Below, piece after piece: positions 31,872-40,791 of a DNA stretch of 64,000 bases. Source of the DNA: Candidatus Hydrogenedentota bacterium. GTDB taxonomy: Bacteria; Hydrogenedentota; Hydrogenedentia; Hydrogenedentales; SLHB01. Position 1 is the first letter of the stretch; the number at the start of each line of letters is the position of its first letter. The notes beneath the pieces are model-generated. The model saw only the letters and a program-made list of their open reading frames with translations, had not been told where the DNA came from and did not search any database. The stretch covers positions 32,001 through 96,000 of the forward strand of contig BTVY01000022.1 of the NCBI GenBank assembly GCA_045863335.1, read 5' to 3'. A program made the position numbers and the translations under genes.

Positions 31872-32393
31872 TTGTCAGAACCCATCCCGCAAGAGTCCGC
31901 TATTCAACGCCTGGGCAGGCGAGTGCGCTACATCATCGTGCTCCTGAGTTCGGGGTTGCTCGTGATGACCCTTTCCTACCACGCCAGCCTGTGGCGCCTT
32001 CGCGGTGAGACGCCGCCGTCGCGCGCCGCGCAAGAAGGCGTTTCGAGCGATGAATCACTTGAAGCGTTGTCGCAACAGATGATCGCGTTGATGCGCGAGT
32101 ATCTGGAACGGGCCTCGAACGAAGGCTCGCCCCCGAGCCAAGGCTTCCATGATTGGTCCCTTGATGGTTTCGCGCCGCGCGTCAGCGACCTGAGACGCCG
32201 CATTCAGGCCGCGTCTTCGGAGGGGGAGGCGTGGAACGCCATGCTTGTGGCGTCCGACCGGATGGTGGCCATGGCGCGTCAACCCGGCCAGGCCAGCCTG
32301 CGGCAATTGGCGACCGACAATGTGTTTGACGCGGCGGCCGCGGTCGAGAACCGGCTTGGCGCGACCCGCAGCATCGGTCGAGATGGCTCATGA
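31872..32393 (+). CDS. Hypothetical membrane-anchored helical protein
   Basis: Single N-terminal TM (YIIVLLSSGLLVMTLSY); 173 aa. Confidence 0.65.
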   Translation: MSEPIPQESAIQRLGRRVRYIIVLLSSGLLVMTLSYHASLWRLRGETPPSRAAQEGVSSDESLEALSQQMIALMREYLERASNEGSPPSQGFHDWSLDGFAPRVSDLRRRIQAASSEGEAWNAMLVASDRMVAMARQPGQASLRQLATDNVFDAAAAVENRLGATRSIGRDGS

Positions 32394-32540
32394 CAAGCCC
32401 GTCATTGCGGCTCGCTTGGCGAATGGCCCGGCGTTACCGTACACTCATGGTATTGAGTGCGGCTGTCGGGTCGATTTTCAGGGATTCCAACTACTTGTGA
32501 TGTTTGGCAAAACGGGCTGTATTTATGGTGAGACCGGAAC

Positions 32541-33182
32541 GTGGCAACGAAACCTCAAGGTCAGCGTAACCCGTTACCGGGTATGGACTACCGTTTGAGT
32601 ACCGAATCTCAAACGGATGAGGAACTGATGTGCCTGCTCTGCGACGGCACGGCGGATGCCCTCGGCACGCTGGTCCATCGGTACCAGAATGACATTTTCA
32701 GATTCTGTCTCCACTACGTGCGGGATGTGGAACGGGCCCGGGAAATGGCCCAGGAAACCTTCATTCGCGTGTATGTGGCGCGGGCGCGGTTCGATGCGAG
32801 CCGCAAGTTTCGGCCCTGGGTGTTGTGCATCGCGCGCAACCTCTGTTTGAACGAATTGAAGCGCAAGAAGGCGGTTCCCATGGAATCGCTCGAAGAATAC
32901 GCGAGTTCGGCCCGCGAAGATACCGGTGAGGTATTGCAGTCGCCGTCCGATGGCCCCGACGGGCTGTTGATGACGGCGGAACGATACGAACTGCTGGCGG
33001 AAGCCTTGGCTTCGCTGGATGAAGAATCGAGGGAGATTGTCACGCTCCGTTTCTTCGAACGGATGCAGGCACGGGACATCGCCGAGATTGTCGGCAGCAC
33101 CGAGGGCGCGGTGCGGACTCGGTTGCACCGAATCCTGAAGTCGTTGCGGGACGTGTATCAATCGGCAAAGGACGACTTGTGA
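32541..33182 (+). CDS. ECF-family RNA polymerase sigma factor
   Basis: TDEELM, AQETFIRVY, FRPWVLCIARNLCLNELKR, EIVGSTEGAVRTRLHR; start may be the ATG at 32583. Confidence 0.92.
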   Translation: MATKPQGQRNPLPGMDYRLSTESQTDEELMCLLCDGTADALGTLVHRYQNDIFRFCLHYVRDVERAREMAQETFIRVYVARARFDASRKFRPWVLCIARNLCLNELKRKKAVPMESLEEYASSAREDTGEVLQSPSDGPDGLLMTAERYELLAEALASLDEESREIVTLRFFERMQARDIAEIVGSTEGAVRTRLHRILKSLRDVYQSAKDDL

Positions 33183-34762
33183 ACACTGGGGAATTGGAAA
33201 GAATCCAGGATGAGTTAATCGCTCTCCTGGAGGGCGAGTTGAGCCCTGAAGACACGATGCGCGTGGAAGCGCGGATCGCGTCGTCAGAGGCCTATCGCCG
33301 GGAGCTTTCCTGGCTCAGGGCCGCCCACGCGGACCTCGATGCCATGGGCCGCGCCTTCGCATCGCAGTCCCCCCAAGTGGACCTCGTTCAGACGGTGATG
33401 AGCACCATCTCGGAAGCCGGCCGGCCCAAGCTCGTTTCCATCGACGCGGAGCGCGCGCGACGCCGCGAACGCGGCCGCACCTGGCTTGGCGTGGCCGCCG
33501 CGGCCGCCGTTATTCTCGGCGCCGTCGGATACCTGATCTACGCCGCCATGCCCCCGGCCCCTGTCGACGGGCCTGGTTCCAAAGAACAACTTGCAGGCCC
33601 CGGAAGCGATACCCCCGTCGTACCCGGCGCACCGGATTACGAATCTCTTGAGGAATCCGACACCGAACTTGCGCGCCAACGCAAGGAGTTTCTGGAGAAA
33701 CGGCAGAAATTGAACGACGACGTAGAGTTGGCTTTGTCCGGCGGCACGATTGAAGAAACCGAACGGCCAGTACTCGATGCTCCAAGCATGGACGAGATTC
33801 TTACCGCGCGCCGGGATGCGTCGGATGACCGGCGGGGAATTTCCCGCCTGGTGCAATGGGCATCGCTCAAACGTGAGCAAGCCCTCGAACTCGCGCAAGA
33901 TCCCGATTCGTCTCCCCAAGTTATTGTGGGTGCAGCCGAGTCGTTGACGGCCCAGGAGGCCGCGCAGGTCTTGCTCACGGTCGTCGGGCAGAACCCGGAG
34001 GACCCCTACGCACGGTTGGAACTCGCCCAGGCGTACGATGAAGCTGAAGAGCCGGGTACCGAAGCGGAAGCGATGGGACAATTGCCGACGCTCTATACCC
34101 TGGACCCGGATAACGCATTGCCCTACTACCTCGAAGCCAAGCTTCGGCTCGAGCAGAATGACCTCGCGGGAGCGCTTGAAGCGCTACGCATCGCGCAGAG
34201 CCTCCCCAAGGCCAGCGCCTACTCCCTGGAGTCGGCCTTGGCGAGGGCGGAAGCGCTTATCGCAAGCGGGCTTCCGGCCGATGAAGCCAAGCTGGTTTCC
34301 GCCCTGACCGCGGGGATGGATCAGTACAATTTCCTTTGCGATCTCGGAAAGAATCTGCTAGAATACGGCCAAGACTATATGGCGGTAGGGGATTACGACA
34401 CCGCCGAAGACATCTTTGAGGCCGTGCAGCGGTTGGGCCAGCAGGCGGAGGAAGGGGCATCTTTCTCTCAAGAGCAGTTAGCCGGTCTAGACATGCAAGC
34501 AGCCGCAATCGATGTGTTGGAAGAGCTTTACACGGCAATTGAATCGACTGAGGGAATCGATCAGCTTGCAACGCAGACGCGCGACCTCGTCGCCAGTATC
34601 GACCAGCTGAGCGGGTTCTTCGACGCGCTGGATCAACTGTTCTTCAGCGAGGAAAGCTCCGATTTCTTCAACATGATTTCCGGGTGGATTCTGGAGTCCG
34701 GAGACCTCGCGCTCTTCGACTACCTCGAGGAGATGGGGATCTCCCTCACCGGCGCCCAGTAG
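33179..34762 (+). CDS. Anti-sigma factor with TM helix and large acidic TPR-like extracytoplasmic domain
   Basis: ELIALLEGEL N-terminus; TM WLGVAAAAAVILGAVGYLIY; TPR-like NPEDPYARLELAQAY and LDPDNALPYYLEAKL; GTGA overlap with the sigma gene. Confidence 0.8.
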   Translation: MNTGELERIQDELIALLEGELSPEDTMRVEARIASSEAYRRELSWLRAAHADLDAMGRAFASQSPQVDLVQTVMSTISEAGRPKLVSIDAERARRRERGRTWLGVAAAAAVILGAVGYLIYAAMPPAPVDGPGSKEQLAGPGSDTPVVPGAPDYESLEESDTELARQRKEFLEKRQKLNDDVELALSGGTIEETERPVLDAPSMDEILTARRDASDDRRGISRLVQWASLKREQALELAQDPDSSPQVIVGAAESLTAQEAAQVLLTVVGQNPEDPYARLELAQAYDEAEEPGTEAEAMGQLPTLYTLDPDNALPYYLEAKLRLEQNDLAGALEALRIAQSLPKASAYSLESALARAEALIASGLPADEAKLVSALTAGMDQYNFLCDLGKNLLEYGQDYMAVGDYDTAEDIFEAVQRLGQQAEEGASFSQEQLAGLDMQAAAIDVLEELYTAIESTEGIDQLATQTRDLVASIDQLSGFFDALDQLFFSEESSDFFNMISGWILESGDLALFDYLEEMGISLTGAQ

Positions 34763-34801
34763 GCAGATACTGCGTTCGCCGAACTCTCCACCCACAAGGG
34801 G

Positions 34802-34830
34802 TTGCTTATTGCGATCAATTCGTTCACAAT
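34802..34830 (+). promoter_or_regulatory. Possible sigma70-type promoter of the peptide array
   Basis: TTGCTT-N17-CACAAT in an AT-richer stretch. Confidence 0.4.
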
Positions 34831-34926
34831 AAGGGGTACAGACAAGCTTATTGTTTGGACCAAGCGGATTGGGAAATGGTTTCCAACCAATAACAAGACG
34901 GAAGGAGAAGGGAGGTGAATCGCCAT

Positions 34927-35079
34927 ATGAAGCATGTGAAGGTGCTGTCGACCGAAAAGCCCGTGTGCGCCGAACAAGTCGCGTGGGTGGAGTTCAAGAA
35001 CATTTTTGGGCCGCTCAAGTTGCGTCCTGAGCAACAGAATTGGCTCGTCGCATTGATTGACAACTGGCTGCAGAGCTAG
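34927..35079 (+). CDS. Small leader-family peptide A (50 aa; not in ORF track)
   Basis: GGAGGTGA RBS; MKHVKVLSTEKPVCA-EQVAWVEFKNIFGPLKLRPEQQNWLVALIDNWLQS. Confidence 0.8.
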   Translation: MKHVKVLSTEKPVCAEQVAWVEFKNIFGPLKLRPEQQNWLVALIDNWLQS

Positions 35080-35256
35080 TCATTCGACCAGTGAGACATC
35101 CCGTGAGGGTACATGCGGAAGGAGAGATGGAGAGGATAGCTCCTGTATCTATCCATTCCAACGCTTCCGCGAACGAAGCTCCTGTTCACAACGGATTGGA
35201 ACGTTACAACCCATAGCTCTGTGCAATGGGAGTGTTTCGCGAAAGGGTAAACGACA

Positions 35257-35415
35257 ATGAAACACGTTCGTAAGATATCGAAGAATGCGCCGGTGACCGC
35301 TTGGTGGTTCGGCTGGTTCGGTAAGGGCGGTGAGCTGAAGGGTGGTACCGCTAAGGTTGACTACATCAATCAGCTTTGGTTCACCAACGGCTCCTTGGAT
35401 CCCCGAGACGTATAA
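35257..35415 (+). CDS. Small leader-family peptide B (52 aa; not in ORF track)
   Basis: GAAAGGGT RBS; MKHVRKISKNAPVTA-WWFGWFGKGGELKGGTAKVDYINQLWFTNGSLDPRDV. Confidence 0.8.
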   Translation: MKHVRKISKNAPVTAWWFGWFGKGGELKGGTAKVDYINQLWFTNGSLDPRDV

Positions 35416-35546
35416 GCGCCCCTCCACACGTGTCCGCTCGCCGCGGACGCAACGGTCAGCGTGACACCGTTCCGCTGACGCGCGAACGAAGGGGTACGAA
35501 ACTGCGTTTTAACTGGGGACACAAACCTTAAGGAGGTTTAAGGATC

Positions 35547-35756
35547 ATGAAGCACATCGGTCGCGTTTCGAAGGCGCTTCCGGCCACCGCATATGAGGTG
35601 CCGAGAAACTATTTCGACATTATGAGCTGGACCGACATCGTCGTCGTCATCGGCCTTACCATGGAGAAGTGGTGGGGTTGGCTGTTCGGCGGTTACCTGC
35701 TGCCCGAAGGGCTGCTGGGCGACCGGAACGGCAACGGCGTCATCGACGGCCAGTAA
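35547..35756 (+). CDS. Small leader-family peptide C (69 aa)
   Basis: AAGGAGGT RBS; MKHIGRVSKALPATA-YEVPRNYFDIMSWTDIVVVIGLTMEKWWGWLFGGYLLPEGLLGDRNGNGVIDGQ. Confidence 0.85.
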   Translation: MKHIGRVSKALPATAYEVPRNYFDIMSWTDIVVVIGLTMEKWWGWLFGGYLLPEGLLGDRNGNGVIDGQ

Positions 35757-35815
35757 GATCTCGAATTCAACGTGGTGGTTGTGCGCAACCCGCGCACGCC
35801 CCCGTCAGAAGTGGT

Positions 35816-35854
35816 GGCGGACCACAGCGATATGCTGCGGTCCGTCGTTTTTTT
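35816..35854 (+). terminator. Intrinsic terminator closing the peptide array
   Basis: GGCGGACCACAGC-GATAT-GCTGCGGTCCGTC then G and a T7 run. Confidence 0.75.
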
Positions 35855-35998
35855 ACCGGGCTATTCTTTCGCCAAACACTACGCCCTCGCGCTAGAAGCC
35901 CCATCGTGCCACTCTACCGTCTTGTTGCCTGCGCTGTCTCTATTGTCCCCGTCGGCCCAACGCCGGCTTTGTCTCCTTCGGAGCCATCCCAACTCGGA

Positions 35999-38089
35999 TC
36001 AGCGGCGGCTCTTCCCACGCTTCGCGTTCCGTTTCCCCGCTTCTGCCTTCACGTTCCCGTTCGGAGCCACGCGCAATTCCACGATGTCCCGTGCGGCGCG
36101 CACGTGGCGATTCACGAGGTGTTCCGGGATCTCCAGCGCGAAGCGGCTGGTCGTTGTCATGCGCTCCCGCCCATGCCGCACGCGCGACATGGCTTCAAAC
36201 AGCGTCACGTGACGTTGCCCGCGCGTGAGCGCCACATAGAATAGTCTTCGTTCCTCTTCGATGGATATCTCGTCCATGCTCTTGTCATGGGGGAGCAAAC
36301 CTTCCTCCACGCCCATGATAAACACGAATGGAAACTCCAGCCCCTTCGAGCTGTGGATCGTCATGAGCGACACGGCATCCTTCCGCCGTTCCCGGCTTCC
36401 ACGCCCCTTGAAGTCGGACGTGTCCAGCGAACTCGTATCCAGAAACCCGCTCAAGGTAGGTTTCGGCGTCGAGCGCTCGTAGTCCGCCATGGCGCCTACC
36501 ACCGCCTCGATGTTGCCCCAACGCATGTTCGCCTGGTCCGCGGATTTGCTCGTGCGCACCAGCTCCGCCCGGTACCCGATGGCATCCAGCAATTGCAGCA
36601 ACGTCGCGGCCAACTGCCCCTCGCATTCGCGGAAGCGCCGCCGGAACTCCGTAAGGATCGCGAGGAAACTCCGAATGCCCTGCTCGGCCTGCGGCGCCAC
36701 CTTGCCCCGCGCGAGCGCCTGCGCTAAACCCTTGCCCAGGCTCAGCGATTCCGCGCGGCACAGGTCGTGCACTTCGTGCAGTGTCACATCGCCGATGCCC
36801 CGGCGCGGGACGTTTACGATCCGGAGAAACGCGGTCTCGTCCCAAGGGTTCGCGATGGTGCGCAGGTACGCCACCACATCCCGCACCTCGCTGCGCTCGA
36901 AGAAGTCCTGCCCGCCGTACACTTCATACGGAATACTCGCCTGGCGCAGGGCGATCTCCAGCGGACGCGATTGCAGGTTCGACCGGTAGAGCAGCGCAAA
37001 ATCCCCGAAATCCGCGTTCGACTTCTGCAGGATGTGTTGTAGCCAATGAACCATCTCCTTGGCTTCGTGTTCGTCGTCGCCCGTCACGATCCAGTCGATG
37101 CATCGGCCGGCGCCGAGGTCGCTCCAGAGCGTCTTCACCCGCCGGAACCGGTTGTTCAGAATCACGCTGTTGGCGGCCTGAAGAATGGTGGTAGTCGAGC
37201 GGTAGTTCTGCTCCAGCCGCACCACCGCCGCCTCGTGATATTCACGCTCAAAATCGAGAATGTTCTCGATACCCGCGCCCCGCCACGCGTAGATGGATTG
37301 ATCGTCGTCGCCCACGACGCAGAGGTTCCGGTGCGCGGCCACGAGCGCGGACAACAGCTCGTACTGCGTCCGGTTCGTGTCCTGATACTCGTCGACCATG
37401 ATATACCGGTACTGCTTCTGATAGCGCGCGAGTACCCGGGGATGTTCCCGCCACAAGCGTAAGGTAAGCAACAGCAGGTCGTCGAAGTCCATCGTATTCG
37501 CGGCCCGCAACGCGGATTGGTACCGGTCATAAAAGTCCGGGAGCCACTTGCCGTACTTGGCGTCCGTGCTCTGGCCGTTTGCGCCGTCCTTCTTGGCCGA
37601 ATCGTCTGCCTGGAGATTCGTCTTGCCGCTCTTAACGAGGCTGATCCGTTCCAACACAATGGCGGGACTGAAACTCTCCTTTACATCAGCGACATCATCC
37701 AACATGCGGCGCACGATCGCGCGGGTGTCCGCTTCGCCCGACACGGTGAAATTGCGCCGGTATCCCACGTGCTCGCATTCCGCTCGCAACACGCGCAGGC
37801 AAAACGAATGGAACGTCGACAGCAGGATGCGCTCCGCAACCTTCCGGCCCACCAGTTCCGCGATCCGCGACCGCATTTCTTCGGCGGCCTTGTTGGTAAA
37901 CGTGAGCGCCAGGATCTCTTCCGGCGCGGCGATACCTTCCGCCACCAGATACGCGATGCGCCGCGTGATGACCCGCGTTTTGCCGCTTCCCGCGCCCGCG
38001 AGCACCAATACGGGCCCCTCGGTCCGGCGTACGGCTTCCGCCTGCTGCGGGTTCAGACCATCAAACAATTTTCGACTGCTTACCAACAA
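35999..38089 (-). CDS. UvrD/Rep/PcrA-family SF1 DNA helicase
   Basis: LAGAGSGKT, TFTNKAA, VDEYQDTN, VGDDDQSIY, LEQNYRS, TIHSSKGLEF, EERRLFYVALTR. Confidence 0.95.
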   Translation of the reverse strand: MLVSSRKLFDGLNPQQAEAVRRTEGPVLVLAGAGSGKTRVITRRIAYLVAEGIAAPEEILALTFTNKAAEEMRSRIAELVGRKVAERILLSTFHSFCLRVLRAECEHVGYRRNFTVSGEADTRAIVRRMLDDVADVKESFSPAIVLERISLVKSGKTNLQADDSAKKDGANGQSTDAKYGKWLPDFYDRYQSALRAANTMDFDDLLLLTLRLWREHPRVLARYQKQYRYIMVDEYQDTNRTQYELLSALVAAHRNLCVVGDDDQSIYAWRGAGIENILDFEREYHEAAVVRLEQNYRSTTTILQAANSVILNNRFRRVKTLWSDLGAGRCIDWIVTGDDEHEAKEMVHWLQHILQKSNADFGDFALLYRSNLQSRPLEIALRQASIPYEVYGGQDFFERSEVRDVVAYLRTIANPWDETAFLRIVNVPRRGIGDVTLHEVHDLCRAESLSLGKGLAQALARGKVAPQAEQGIRSFLAILTEFRRRFRECEGQLAATLLQLLDAIGYRAELVRTSKSADQANMRWGNIEAVVGAMADYERSTPKPTLSGFLDTSSLDTSDFKGRGSRERRKDAVSLMTIHSSKGLEFPFVFIMGVEEGLLPHDKSMDEISIEEERRLFYVALTRGQRHVTLFEAMSRVRHGRERMTTTSRFALEIPEHLVNRHVRAARDIVELRVAPNGNVKAEAGKRNAKRGKSRR

Positions 38090-38170
38090 TGCACCTTCTC
38101 AGGGAGTTTGAATGAGTTCGCAAGGGCGGGGATTGTAACAACTGAATGGACCGAGGTCCACCACTCCGCG

Positions 38171-39616
38171 TCAGGATTGGGATTCGCTGGCCACCGGACC
38201 ACGATTGCGCCACAAGTAATAGAACGGAATGCCGGAAAACACCAGCACCAGCCCGATCCCGGCGTTGCGCGGGGCCTGGTAGATCGTCACGCACACGAGC
38301 ACGAGACAGAACAGCACAAACACCGCCGGAACGACCGGGTATCCAGTCACGCGGTACGGGCGTGGCTCGTCCTTCATCTTCCGGCGCAACACGAACACAC
38401 CAAATGCGCCGGCACCGTAAAAAATAAACGACGCGAAGATCACCATGTCCGTCAACTGATCGAAAGTGCCGCTCATCACCAGCAGCGACGCCCACACCGC
38501 CTGGATGATCAACGAGACGGAAGGGGTCTTGTGCACCGGATGACACGTCGCTGCCGCCTTGAAGAACAGGTGATCGCGCGCCATGGCGAAATAGACTCGG
38601 GAGTGGGGCATGAGCTGACAGTTGGTCGCCCCGAAGGTGGACAGCAGAATGAGGATCGCGATCAATTGCGCGCCGCGATCGCCCATGACGTTTCGCATGA
38701 CCTCCACGGCGACGATGCTGTTCTTCGTTTCCACCAGAGCCGCCATCTCGTCCACCGGCATGACGTAGAGATAGGCCGCATTGACGATCATATAGACGCC
38801 GATGACGCCGAGCGTGCCGATGCCGAGGGCGAGGGGAATGTTCCGTTTGGCGTTGCGGACCTCCGCGCCCAGGGACGTGATGTTGTTCCACCCGTCGTAG
38901 GCCCAGAAGGCGCCCAGGAACGCGGCAAACATGGCTCCGAAAAGCCCTAGCGAGGAGCCGTACTCGGCCTGCGGATTCTCGAGAACCGGTTGCAGATGGG
39001 CCGCCGATCCGTTGCTCAACACCAATCCGAGCAGGATGATCAGCGCGATCCCGGCCAGCTTCAGCACCGTGGTCATACTCGCGATGACGCCTCCAAACAC
39101 GACACCAAAATAGTTCGCCGTAGTCAGCGCCGTGATGGTAAAAATCGTGAAGACCTTTACGCCAAGGTTGTCGAGGGGGTAGAAAAGTCCAAAGATGGAC
39201 CATGCCTCCAATTCCGGCGACAGACGCGGAAAAGCAATCAACGCGTTGGCCGATTCACCAAAGACATACGCGATGGAACTGATCGACGCGGTCTGAATGA
39301 CCGTGAAGGACGACCACCCGAACAGAAAGGCAAACCCGCGGCCGTACATGCGCTTGAAGTACTGATACTGGCCGCCGGGCTCGGCGATCATCCCCGCGAT
39401 CTCGGCATTCGTCAATGCGCCGAATAACGTCATGATGCCCGCGATAAGCCAACATGCGAGCAGCAACCCCGGCGACTGCAACTCCGCCGCCATAGGCGCG
39501 GACTTCTTGAAGATGCCCGATCCGATCATGTTGCCCATAATGATCATGCAGGCGGTAAACAACCCCAGCTTGGCAATCAAGCCGCTGGGATGGACATCTG
39601 CGGGCCGATGCTGCAT
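38171..39616 (-). CDS. APC-family amino acid permease
   Basis: GNMIGSGIF, GGQYQY, FWAYDGWN, RVYFAMARD, RPYRVTGYP. Confidence 0.92.
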   Translation of the reverse strand: MQHRPADVHPSGLIAKLGLFTACMIIMGNMIGSGIFKKSAPMAAELQSPGLLLACWLIAGIMTLFGALTNAEIAGMIAEPGGQYQYFKRMYGRGFAFLFGWSSFTVIQTASISSIAYVFGESANALIAFPRLSPELEAWSIFGLFYPLDNLGVKVFTIFTITALTTANYFGVVFGGVIASMTTVLKLAGIALIILLGLVLSNGSAAHLQPVLENPQAEYGSSLGLFGAMFAAFLGAFWAYDGWNNITSLGAEVRNAKRNIPLALGIGTLGVIGVYMIVNAAYLYVMPVDEMAALVETKNSIVAVEVMRNVMGDRGAQLIAILILLSTFGATNCQLMPHSRVYFAMARDHLFFKAAATCHPVHKTPSVSLIIQAVWASLLVMSGTFDQLTDMVIFASFIFYGAGAFGVFVLRRKMKDEPRPYRVTGYPVVPAVFVLFCLVLVCVTIYQAPRNAGIGLVLVFSGIPFYYLWRNRGPVASESQS

Positions 39617-39620
39617 CGAG

Positions 39621-40547
39621 CTAAACGCGCCGGAGTTTCGTCACGCGGCCGTCGTTCACCCATTCCACGACGTAGATGTTGCCGGCCCGGTCCCAGATCG
39701 CGCCGTGGGGCGAGATGAATTTGCCCGGGATGCGTTGGTCATGCGGCAAATTGGGATAACCTTCCGTCTTCTCCACGCCGGGGTTGTCGCCGAGGTGGGT
39801 GATGAGCGTATTGTTCTTATCGAAAACCGTCACGCGACCGTACAGATCCGGGATCAGTAAATCGTCGCCCCGCAGATCGAAGTGGCAGGGAAACCGCAAT
39901 TCTTCCGTGACGAAACCGAGGTGATTCCCCTCCAAATCGAAATACTGGAGCCGGACGTTTGCGCGGTCCGCAACGACGAGGACGGGTGTATCGCCACGCG
40001 TGTCCACAAAAATCCCGTGGGGACACTTCATCTCTCCCGGCGCCTCGCCTTTCCCGCCCCAGGTGCGGATGTATTCCGCCTTGGCGTTGTATTGGTGAAT
40101 GTAACTGAGCCCGTACCCATCCGCCACATAGAAGTCGCCGTTCGGCGCGATGGCTATGTTGGTGGGCACGAACTGCTCCGGCTTTTCGTAGACCCCGGAG
40201 TCCATGGGGCAACCGAGTTCCCAAACCCGTTCGCCGTACAGCGTCGTCTTCACGCAACGGTTCTGGCTTGTCAGCGCGAGGTACAGGTACTCTTCGCCGT
40301 CTTCCTCGTTCAGTTGCAGCCCGTGCGCGCCGCTGGCGTATTCCTCGCCCCAGGACGTAACAAAGGTCCCGTCGGCGTCAAACACCACCATGGCATGTTC
40401 GCTCTGATTGTGAATGTAGATGCGGCCCTCGCGGTCCTCGCAGACCCCGTGGGTGTAGCCGTACTGAACGTGCGACGGCGGCGTTCCCCACCCCTCCACC
40501 AGTTCATAGGTGTGTTCACCGCTTCCTAGTTTCACCGAAGCCATCAT
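39621..40547 (-). CDS. NHL-repeat beta-propeller protein (PAL-like)
   Basis: PTNIAIAPNGDFYVADGYG, CPHGI, VADRAN, SPHG, IYVVEW. Confidence 0.85.
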   Translation of the reverse strand: MMASVKLGSGEHTYELVEGWGTPPSHVQYGYTHGVCEDREGRIYIHNQSEHAMVVFDADGTFVTSWGEEYASGAHGLQLNEEDGEEYLYLALTSQNRCVKTTLYGERVWELGCPMDSGVYEKPEQFVPTNIAIAPNGDFYVADGYGLSYIHQYNAKAEYIRTWGGKGEAPGEMKCPHGIFVDTRGDTPVLVVADRANVRLQYFDLEGNHLGFVTEELRFPCHFDLRGDDLLIPDLYGRVTVFDKNNTLITHLGDNPGVEKTEGYPNLPHDQRIPGKFISPHGAIWDRAGNIYVVEWVNDGRVTKLRRV

Positions 40548-40575
40548 GCAACCCTTTCCCGGTCAAAGCCATTCA

Positions 40576-40764
40576 TCAATACGGCGGCAGGATTGCCTCC
40601 AAGGCATCCAGCAGAATGCTCGCCGTCTGGGTGTACGTGGCCAGTAGCGTCACGCCGAAGTTTTGTGTCCACGCCACCGTATTCTGCGCGGCGATACCGA
40701 AGACCTGATTCAGGGTAGCGAGGAACTCACCAAGGTTTGTCAACAGGATTTCTTGCAGCGACAT
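40576..40764 (-). CDS. Small hydrophobic/amphipathic protein (62 aa, no basic residues)
   Basis: AGGAGGA RBS; MSLQEILLTNLGEFLATLNQVFGIAAQNTVAWTQNFGVTLLATYTQTASILLDALEAILPPY. Confidence 0.7.
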   Translation of the reverse strand: MSLQEILLTNLGEFLATLNQVFGIAAQNTVAWTQNFGVTLLATYTQTASILLDALEAILPPY

Positions 40765-40791
40765 ACGATTCCTCCTTCCAGCGTTGCGCAG

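Noticed and set aside
35127-35216. 29-codon ORF MERIAPVSIHSNASANEAPVHNGLERYNP between peptides A and B
   Set aside because: Lacks the family leader, RBS spacing is poor, and it overlaps a predicted RNA hairpin; probably incidental.
39621-40547. NHL/PAL-like protein as the amidating maturase of the leader-family peptides
   Set aside because: None of the peptides ends in Gly, no hydroxylating partner is present, and the gene is in a separate opposite-strand operon.
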